64,000 nt of DNA, from the NCBI GenBank assembly GCA_030770535.1, contig JASVEC010000011.1, positions 124,001 through 188,000 of the forward strand, given 5' to 3'. The stretch is from Batkoa obscura (Eukaryota). Positions 55,081 to 64,000 of the stretch are shown here, piece after piece. The notes under the pieces were generated by a model. The model made no database searches, was not told the DNA's origin, and saw nothing but the letters and a program-made list of their open reading frames with translations. The position numbers and the translations under genes are program-made. The stretch's first letter is position 1, and each line of letters opens with the position of its first letter.

Positions 55081-57212
55081 TTAAAACCCAGCCGCTTGAC
55101 CATCAGCTCTTGGATCTGAACCTGCCATAAGAACTCTTTTACCAGTCTTTTGATCTTTTTCTACTTGAATAATTTGACCTCTACCAAACATTTTTCTAGG
55201 ATAACCGTATAAAATAATGACTTTATGACCTAATTCTTTTAATTTATTAACTGTTTCTAAAGAAACACCAGCTTCAATATAAATTACACCATCATCTGGT
55301 GAAATACAAAATCTAGGAAAATCTAATGCTTTCTGTGGTTTAAATTGTCTTAATATTAAATTTAATAATACTTGTAAATGTCCTTGAGGTTGCATAAACC
55401 CACCCATAACACCAAAACTTAACCATAATTCTTCTCCTTTTGTAACTAATGCAGGTATAATGGTATGGTAAGGACGTTTATTAGCTTCTAATTTATTGGG
55501 ACATTTTGGATTTAATGAAAAACTAGTTCCTCGATTTTGTAATGTAAATCCACATCCTTTAGGTATTTTACCACTACCAAAACCAGCAAAATTAGACATT
55601 ATGAATGAGCATGCATTACCTTCTTTATCTACAACAGTTAAATAGACAGTATTTGATTGGTTAATTGGACTGCCTTCTTTGATATCTATTGCTGCTTTTG
55701 TTGGATTAAATAAATGACAACGTTTAAATAAATATTCTTTTGATAATAAACTTGATGCTGGTAATTTATAAAAATTTGGATCTGTAACATGATGTCTTGT
55801 ATCAGCAAATCCAATTCTTAAAGCTTCAATTAAGATATGTAAATATTCTGATGAATTAGGTTTCATTTTATTTAATTCATGAATTTTGTTTTGTTTTTCT
55901 AATTCATCAATTATACCAAGAGCTATTAATGCTGTTATACCTTGTCCATTAGGTGGACATTCATATAATTTTATTCCTTTATAATCATAATAAATAGGTT
56001 CTACTTGTTCAGATTGATGGGATGCTAAATCTTCTAAAGTCATAACACCCCCTTGAGATTGTATCAATTCCACTATTTTATTGGCTATCTCTCCTTTATA
56101 AAACCCATCTTTACCATGCTCGGCTACCTTACGATAAGTTTTTGCTAAGTTTGGCAAACTCATTATTTGACCTACTTCAGGTGCTTTACCATCAATAAGC
56201 ATTTCGTCCCAATTAGGAGAAGTTTGTTTTAAAAATTTCTCACTTGATTTCCACTAATAATAATAACAAATTAATAAATTATATTTCATTTAAATTAAAA
56301 ATTACCCCTTCACTAGTAATTTCTGAAACAGGATACCCATTTTCAGCAAGTTCAATAGCTGGCTTAAATATTTGTCCTAAACTTAATTTACTAGATCCAT
56401 AATTATCAACTGTATCTACCATAGCAGCACATGCTCCTGGTACAGTAATACTATGTGGTGAATTTCTTGGTATAATTTCAACTTTATTCCCTAAATCCTC
56501 ATGTACTTTTTCCAATGTCAGTGCTTTTGGTGATCTAATTAACAACAATAATAATAAATACTCAATTTTAATCAATTTAACAATATTTACCTTCCAGATC
56601 CATTTAAAGCATAAACTTTTTTATCTTTAGCTGAATAAAATAAACAAAAAGCATCACCACCAATGCCTGTTGAGCAAGGTTCTATTTTAAATAATGGAAA
56701 TCAAAATGTTAATGAAAAAATTAAATAATTAAATAAAATGGAAAATTACCAGTGACATTTAAAGCAGCAGCTGATTATTATAAATACAAAAGCTAATAAA
56801 TTGTTGTTTTTGAGTATAAATTAAATCAAAACTACCTGTAGCTACAGCAGCATCCTATAAAAGAATCTCATTAAAATTTCTTGTCATTTTAAAATCACAA
56901 AAGCTTACTGCTGCATTACCCCCTAATTTTAATATTTCTAGTCCAGCTTGAGTAGCCAAAGGTTGACTTGATTTTAAAAAAATTTAAATTTAAATTTAAA
57001 TATAAAAACTCTTATTAACGAAATATAAAAATCAATTCTCACCTTGAACTAACCATGCCATTTGTACTGAATACATCAGAACGCCTTGAATTAAAAGGTA
57101 ATAATTGATCTAAATCTGGTACTGAGATGGGGATTTCATCAGGATTATAATGTTTAGGAATTTGTTCTTCATCTTCTTGTTGTTGTCTTAAAGTGGAAGT
57201 TGGACTTGTCAT
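55081..57212 (-). CDS. Gamma-glutamyltransferase family (YwrD/LmbA-like Ntn hydrolase; multi-exon with micro-exons)
   Basis: [65 protein letters not shown], nucleophile [29 protein letters not shown] and SDPRADG. Confidence 0.92.
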
Positions 57213-57721
57213 TGTTTTGATTGTTTATTTCCTTTTTTCTTTTTTATAAAATGATTATAAGATGTTTAAGTGCCTTTATATACATTTTCGACCTGCTTAG
57301 TATCCCTGATGATTCACTTATAAGCTATATTGAGGAACAAATGATATAATTCAAATCATGAGTTCGGATTTTTATAACACAATGTAAGGTTGAATCAATC
57401 GCTTTAAATAAAATTATTTGTTTAGTTTTATTTTTTAATAATAACTATAACAATTGTAAAGTCACATTTCAATAAAAATAATTAAAAAAGTAGTCATTTT
57501 TTATATAATAAAAGGAATTCAATTGTTAAACTCATACTCAATAAAACAGTCCAAGTGTTCAATTTTCTTTAGAATAGAATATATTTAAAATATAATAAGT
57601 AAACTTGATAAGTTGGGTTATACAACCTACTATCATCTCATAAAAACTAATATTACAAAAAAAGTACAAATTAAACTTCAAAGAAATAAAACTTAAGTTA
57701 ATTTCTAATTAATATATTTTT

Positions 57722-58652
57722 TTAAGATGAAGAGGATGCAGTGTTCTTATTCTTCTTAGTCTTATTTTTTTTATCACTAGTACTATTATTATTAACCTCC
57801 ACCTCTTCATCAGAAGGAAGCTCCACAACACCAGAAGGTTGAAGAGCAGGTTGTTCATCTGCTGATTGATTCATATTAGGCATATTAAAAAAAGAAGCAG
57901 CTACCCAAGGACGTTTAAGAGCACCAGTTGGCTCTGATCCGAAAATATGAACTTTAGAAAGATTGGATTCTAATAAAGTTTTCACTGAAAGAATACTTTG
58001 TAAAAATAATGGTTGAACATAACCTAATTTAAGATGCATAAACATTAAAATAGCTATACCAATAGCACTTGATTGTAATTGTTTTCTTAATTCTCCTAAA
58101 TCATATGCTTGAACAGTGGTTACAATTTCGGTTGGTGGTCTTTAAAAATTTAAAAATTTAAAAATTATAATAATTTAAACCAAATTAGTTATCTTACTCT
58201 TGAGACATGGGTTTTTTATCTTCATATCTAAGCTCAGTTTGATCTAAACAAGTATGTTTTAATTTTTATTCAATTATTATTAAAATTTAATTTTAAACTT
58301 ACCATTTTTAGCATTAATAGTTGCATAAATATAATATACTAAAGAAAATACAATCACTTGAGAAGTAGCATAGGCCATACGAAGGTATCTATAGTTAAAA
58401 AAATATTAAAATCTAATTGAATAATAACAAGAGTTCAACTTACTGTAAATTAGCTGGATCTTCAAGGTTTAATTTTTTAGACTATAAAAGAAGTATAAAA
58501 TAAAATTTATACGAATTATAATTAATTAATGACTTACCACTTGGACTAAAACCAATACAAGACCGATACCGAGAAACTAAAATAGAATATAAACAATCAT
58601 TTTTGTTAGTTTGATATTACAAGCTTACTTGAGAAGCAGGATTAGCGCTCAT
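57722..58652 (-). CDS. PHO88: Pho88/Snd3 ER membrane protein (multi-exon)
   Basis: TTVQAYDLGEL..FMHLKLGYVQPLFLQSI..VHIFGSEPTGALKRPW. Confidence 0.9.
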
Positions 58653-60287
58653 TTTTATTTTTTATTTAATTCTTTATAAAATTTAAAAAAACTACTCTCG
58701 ACTAAATAATCTACTTTTTATAAGCTTTTTAATAAAAAATCATAATGTTCTTTCTACCAATCATTCAGCTACACTTAGAGTTTTATAATTCTATATTTGG
58801 AAATTATGGTCAAAAATAAGGTGGAGGTTAGAGTGATATGAAAGTGAATTGATTTGATGAAATGATAAATGCTATCCAATAACTAGTTTATCCTGATGGC
58901 TTCAAAGTTATTTTTTATTGGAATAAAAATTAGCATTTTTTAGATGAGTTAATTTTCAAAAGTATTATACAGTCCTACACTTAAGTAAAGAACTTGATTG
59001 AGTATTAAAAGGGTAACTAGTTTTATTATAACTCAAAAAAGAAGCATAAACAAATATTTACATAAGTTCTTTCCTTAGTATAATGATGCTATTGTTGATA
59101 ATAGATACATGTCTTCTTTTTTAAAAGTCAACTTATTTACGAGTTCTTTGTCTAAAATGTTCACCTTTACGTTTTTACTGAAATAAATGTTTCAATGCCT
59201 TCAATTTTTGTTTAATTTTAATTTAACTTTTTATTAAAACTGTTATTATTTTAATAGTTATTACAACTATTTCTGATTCATGGCACTCATTCAATATCAA
59301 TCATTATTGTTTTATATTTGAAAGAAAATAATAAATAAAAGTTTATAAATTGTTTAAAACTATTCACTTTAGTTTTCTTATAAAATTGTTCTGATTATGT
59401 ATCTAACCATTAATTTACATCAATACATACAATAATAAAAACGGATAGCCAAAGCAATTTATAAACTTTGTAAAGATTAAACTATACTAGGACACAGAAG
59501 CAAGCTGTAATAGTTTGATTCTACAGTAGAATAAAGCGAAAGTGGTAGCTAATCTTAAGCTATTGGAAAATCGTTCAAGAATATCAAGTTCAGTGTATTA
59601 TAAATTAGTGGATAGGATTGATTTTAATAACATCTGTTTTTTAAAGCTTTATAAACACAAATCTAAGTTCCTAGCTTATGTAAATGGCAAAAAGTAGTCT
59701 TTAGGGCACCAGAAGTAGTAGGCGATAAACTCAGGTATTTGATTTTAGGTAAAATAGAATATAGAAAATAAAACTCTTTTGTGTAAATGCTCAAAAAACT
59801 GAAAAAACTTTATTTTTTTGAAAGCATACTGTAAAAATATATGCTTTGATGTCATAATAAAATCAACTAAAATTCTTATTAATAAAAATAATAACAGCTG
59901 AAATGCAAGTATAAGACCAAGTAAGCATGCTTCACCACAGCTTGTATAGAATTGTATAATATTAACTAATGTTGGAGTTGAACTTCTTTCAATAAATTTT
60001 AAACCTCCATTATCACATACACATAAGCTTTTAGTTTCATTTAAATATGTCACAGAATTAGGAATTAATTTTTAAACCGGATGCTTTATTGTATTCGAAA
60101 GCTTTAAATACTGGCATTTCAATCTCTAAAATAGCTTTTAAAGCGCCATCATTAACAAAAGTAATACTTTATCCAACAACTTCAAGAAAAATTTCATCTA
60201 CATTTAAATATTTACCAGTTTCAAGCTTAATATTAGCGGATAATTTACATTAAGTTTAAAGAACATTAGCTAAAATATTTAGCTATA

Positions 60288-60388
60288 TGGGGATGTTTTT
60301 TTTGGGTTCATTATTTTTTCCATTTTTTAAGCGCTATTTGACCGGAAAAATTGTTAGTAAAATTCTTGAACAAAAAAATACATCTCCA
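60288..60388 (-). mobile_element. MITE family A copy 9
   Basis: TA|TGGGGATGTTTTTTTGGG...CAAAAAAATACATCTCCA|TA. Shares CCGGTCAAAT with copy 7. Confidence 0.88.
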
Positions 60389-60799
60389 TATAATAAAAAA
60401 ATGCATAATTTAAAATATAATATCATACTTCTAACAACGTATTGCAATTACTTAATTAAACTCAATAATGATAGTTTAAAAGCTATGCCAATTTTTTTAA
60501 AACTACTTTTTATTATCAATAACTTGGTAATTAATGTTAATTTATTTACCAAAAAACTCTAAAAAGTTCATTATAAATTTCGAAACTTAGGACAGCTTTG
60601 AAGGAAAGATACATATAGTATTTTCAACCTATCACATTTATCTTAAGAAAATAGTTTTCCTCATCTTGCCCTCTAAAGCCTTATCATATTTTTTAAGTTT
60701 TTCTCGTCTTTAATAAATCATACCTTCTATCACCTTAATTTAGTCAAATAAAAATCATCTTGCTTCTATGAAGTTCAAGATTTTAAAAAACAAACTATA

Positions 60800-60900
60800 T
60801 GAGGGTGTTTTTTTTGGCTTCATCACTTTTTCCATCTTTTAAGCGCTATTTGAGCGGAAAAATTGTTAGTAAAACTGTTAAACACAAAAATATATCCCCA
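60800..60900 (-). mobile_element. MITE family A copy 10
   Basis: TA|TGAGGGTGTTTTTTTGG...AAAAATATATCCCCA|TA, 68 bp from the inverted-repeat breakpoint. Confidence 0.86.
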
Positions 60901-60968
60901 TACCTTCCTTTTGGATGAGTGTTCAAAAAAACTATAAAAATTAACCAACAGTTTTCTTATAGATCTGG

Positions 60969-62836
60969 GTAAAAAAATTATGGAATAATATTATTGTAAT
61001 AGAATAGATTAGTTTAATGTATTTTATCATAAAAGCTACTTTTCTTGATTTTTATAGCCTGTAGACTAAATCGATTTTAATATTTAAACCAAATAGAATC
61101 TAATATACAATTATGTAAAAAATAATAAATGTAAGTGAAGTGAAATAAAATCATTAAATTTTAAATTTTAATATTAACTATTGTGAATTTAAGCCTATCT
61201 TTATTTTATAATAAGAATCTAGATTATATTCTAGTATTCTTTAAGGAAAAAAGTTTATTATACTATTCCATTATATTTATCGGATACGTGTCACTGGTAC
61301 TTAATTAGACTAACTTTATACATACAATGACTTTTACTGTGCTTTATTGGTTTTTAAATTAACCAAAGCTAAGTAACGATTAATATTTGTCGTAAAGTTT
61401 ATAATTAGAGACTCAACTATTCCCTTTACACGATCTTCAATAGTAAAAAAAATAACAACTTACTTAAAGTTTAATTTTCAACATTAATACAATATTATAG
61501 TTTATTTTCTTTAATATCATATATCAAATAGATACTCGTGTTAACTCAAGAATAGCTCATGAATTAATTTGAGTAACGTAGCCAACTAATCTTTCATGTG
61601 AACCGGAAATTGATTATACTAAAGTTCATTGAATGATTTTAAATTGAAACAAATAATACTCTCATAATGTAAGTTATTATAACTTTACAAAATATTAAAC
61701 AAACTTTATGATTGCAAATTTGATCTAGTATTATTAGGTGATAACATTGATTATAGTATCATTTATTGAACATTATCTTTTTTAATGTGTATTAATATCT
61801 TTATATTACTATTATATATTGTCAAATAATATCATAACAGCATAAAAAATAAACAGCAGTTATAATGGATAAAATTGTAATAAATAATATTTTATAACTA
61901 AAAAAATTTCAGACTTAAAGATAAATGTATATACTTTTTTAATAAATAAACTAAAAATAAAATTCAAAAAAACACTAAAGAACAATGTGATCATAGTAAA
62001 AATTATTATCAAAACTTAAGTTTTTTAAATATTATAGCAACAAAAATAAATATCATACCTTAATAATATAAGCAACCTTCTTGTAAACTGGGTATGTAAA
62101 CTAACTAAAGAACAATATAATCATAGTAAAAATTACTAGCTAAACTTAAGCTTTTTGAAGATTATAGTAATAAAAATAAGTATTATAAATTAATATTATA
62201 AGCAAGCTTCTTTTAATGGGTATATAAGGCAATTAAAATATATTAAAGATGTTATAAAATTATAGAACAAAACAAATATTTATTTAATACTATGCAACCT
62301 AATTTTCTCTCGTTGATAACTCTATTTGCTACTTTAGTATCTGGTCAAAACAACACCAAAACTACTGATCCCTGTGCAAAGATAGCCAGCAAGTCAGTAA
62401 TTAGTTATAAAGATGTACTTGCATGTTATGATAACTTTAAGTTGACTGATAAAGTACGTGATGGTGTTTCAGATACTTTAAAAAAGATCCTTCCTTTCTA
62501 TGCTTTTATTGATATTACTAAAAGATCCCCTGATCCAAAAGTACCTAGTTATATTGATATTAAAGCTAAACTGAACAAAGTCTTATCTAAAAAATATGAT
62601 ACTGAACGTGATTTCCAAGTTTCTATTGTTAAGTTTTTCAATACTTTAGAAGATGGTCATACTGAATACACTTCCAATTGTTTCTCTAGGTTTGTTTTTA
62701 GACAACCATTTCCATTGTATTCTGAAGAAGGCAAGTGGGGAGAAGTCAAAGTAAAGATCCCTCAAGATTTACGATATAATCAACCTCTTCTTGATGCTTG
62801 GAAAGCTGCTGGTGTAGATGTATTAAGCTATGCTGG
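60969..62836 (+). repeat. Right arm of ~1.87-kb inverted repeat (partner 43965-45832)
   Basis: Identity starts abruptly at gtaaaaaaattatgg (60969/45832). The first mismatch seen is at 62837 (ggc vs ggt). Confidence 0.93.
61974..62230 (+). repeat. Diverged ~130-bp tandem duplication in the proximal promoter of S41 paralogue 3 (mirrored at ~44571-44827)
   Basis: actaaagaacaat.taatcatagtaaaaatta...taataatataagcaa.cttctt...gggtat.taa occurs at 61974 and 62104. Confidence 0.8.
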
Positions 62837-64000
62837 CGCTGAAGTGTTATCGATCGATGGTAAACAACCACTCGAATTTGTTGAAGAGTATGCTAAACAT
62901 TATGTTGGTACATCAAGAGATGTTAACTCTCGTATGAATTATGCACTTGCACGTTCCATTCAAAGTAATGGTCAGTGGGGTATTAGTTATGGTAGCTTTG
63001 GTTCTACTACTATTCCACCAGTTAAAGAAACTTTAAGATTTAGAATTCGTGTTGGTAATGGTGAAAAAGAAGTAGTTGTACCTTATATTGCTACTTCAAA
63101 TGTAGAAAGTCCATTTACTGATGCTAAATCTTTTTATGATAACAATTGTGCTGCAGATGATTACGATGCTCTCATAAAAGATATTTTCGGAGGAGGTAAC
63201 GGTAGGCTTCAATTATTAGAAGTGCCCAAAGTCAAAAAAATTCCAATTGAAGCACCACTTGAATCTAAAGACTCTAGATTAATTGATCCTCTTTTAACTG
63301 CTGTTGTTGATGGTACTTATATTAAAACTTACATTTTACCCGATAATGTAGGTGTTGTTCACATTTCTACCTTTTCAACATACGAAAGAGATATATGGTC
63401 AAGAGAACTTTATGATGGTTTTAAAGCACTTCAGGATGAAAAGGTAGAAAAATTGATCTTAGATTTAAGTAATAATGGTGGTGGTTATATCTGTTGGGGT
63501 TATAATGTGTTGGATTATCTCTTCCCAAATGCTGCTACTAAATTTTTTAACACTGATATGCACTATTCTCCTTTACTTGCTAAGCTTACCCAAAATTCAA
63601 CCAATGGTTTCTTTAGTCCAAAATTTTATAATCAGCCTGATGGTAAACCATTCGCTTCACAAAACGCCTTTACTAACATCAAGACCTATAACCGTGGCAA
63701 TAATAGAAACAGTCAATACACCCCACAATTTCAAGAAAAATGTGATACTAATCCATTAAGATCTTTATTAATTAATAATACTCAGCCATTTAAAACTGAA
63801 AATATTGCTTTAATTTCCAACTCCATCTGTTATTCTACTTGCACTTTATTAAGTAACGGTATGCAAGAATTCCATGATGTTAAGAGCTATGCTTTTGGCG
63901 GTCTTAAACATAAAGATGCTACTATTGGTTCCCTTGCTGGCGGTACTGTTTATTCCCTCGATAGCCTTTTAGGTAGCTTAGAATCTTCAGGATTAGATAA
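62292..64000 (+). CDS. Secreted peptidase family S41 (CPAF-like), paralogue 3, intronless, truncated by window end (absent from ORF track)
   Basis: ATG at 62292 MQPNFLSLITLFATLVSGQ..., with an open frame through DGHT, DLSNNGGGYICWG and CYSTC to the window end. Confidence 0.9.
   Translation, partial: MQPNFLSLITLFATLVSGQNNTKTTDPCAKIASKSVISYKDVLACYDNFKLTDKVRDGVSDTLKKILPFYAFIDITKRSPDPKVPSYIDIKAKLNKVLSKKYDTERDFQVSIVKFFNTLEDGHTEYTSNCFSRFVFRQPFPLYSEEGKWGEVKVKIPQDLRYNQPLLDAWKAAGVDVLSYAGAEVLSIDGKQPLEFVEEYAKHYVGTSRDVNSRMNYALARSIQSNGQWGISYGSFGSTTIPPVKETLRFRIRVGNGEKEVVVPYIATSNVESPFTDAKSFYDNNCAADDYDALIKDIFGGGNGRLQLLEVPKVKKIPIEAPLESKDSRLIDPLLTAVVDGTYIKTYILPDNVGVVHISTFSTYERDIWSRELYDGFKALQDEKVEKLILDLSNNGGGYICWGYNVLDYLFPNAATKFFNTDMHYSPLLAKLTQNSTNGFFSPKFYNQPDGKPFASQNAFTNIKTYNRGNNRNSQYTPQFQEKCDTNPLRSLLINNTQPFKTENIALISNSICYSTCTLLSNGMQEFHDVKSYAFGGLKHKDATIGSLAGGTVYSLDSLLGSLESSGLD

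Noticed and set aside
60287..60562. 91-aa ORF
   Set aside because: Starts within a MITE terminal repeat and is a chance frame.
63475..63759. Alternate-frame ORFs in the S41 genes (also 20347-20577 and 43042-43338)
   Set aside because: Off-frame shadows that recur only because the parent genes are paralogous. Their starts differ between copies.

Overview
AT-rich eukaryotic (fungal) DNA with short GT-AG introns. Gene content and composition suggest an early-diverging fungus, possibly Entomophthorales such as Conidiobolus/Neoconidiobolus (inference only). About 24 protein-coding genes are supportable. Most sit in tightly packed housekeeping blocks (TYR1, STS1/Cut8, STN1-like, TFIP11, MAK10, TLG2, BYR4, NXT1, METTL6, DCP1, BRL1, CAB4, MPH1/FANCM, delta-6 desaturase, HER2, bL34m, GGT, PHO88, plus a homeodomain TF). 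These blocks alternate with gene-poor islands holding ten copies of a ~100-bp TA-flanked MITE, nested solo LTRs with heavy transition decay and a LINE-RT relic. Three of these islands each hold an intronless secreted S41/CPAF-like protease paralogue. Copies 2 and 3 form an apparently perfect ~1.87-kb inverted repeat (promoter plus 5' CDS) around a 15-kb segment containing the homeodomain gene. The three coding sequences are patchwork mosaics with hypervariable cassettes near the predicted substrate cleft. This is a candidate recombination/gene-conversion system diversifying a secreted protease, and possibly an invertible segment. All calls are by eye, and exon boundaries are approximate.
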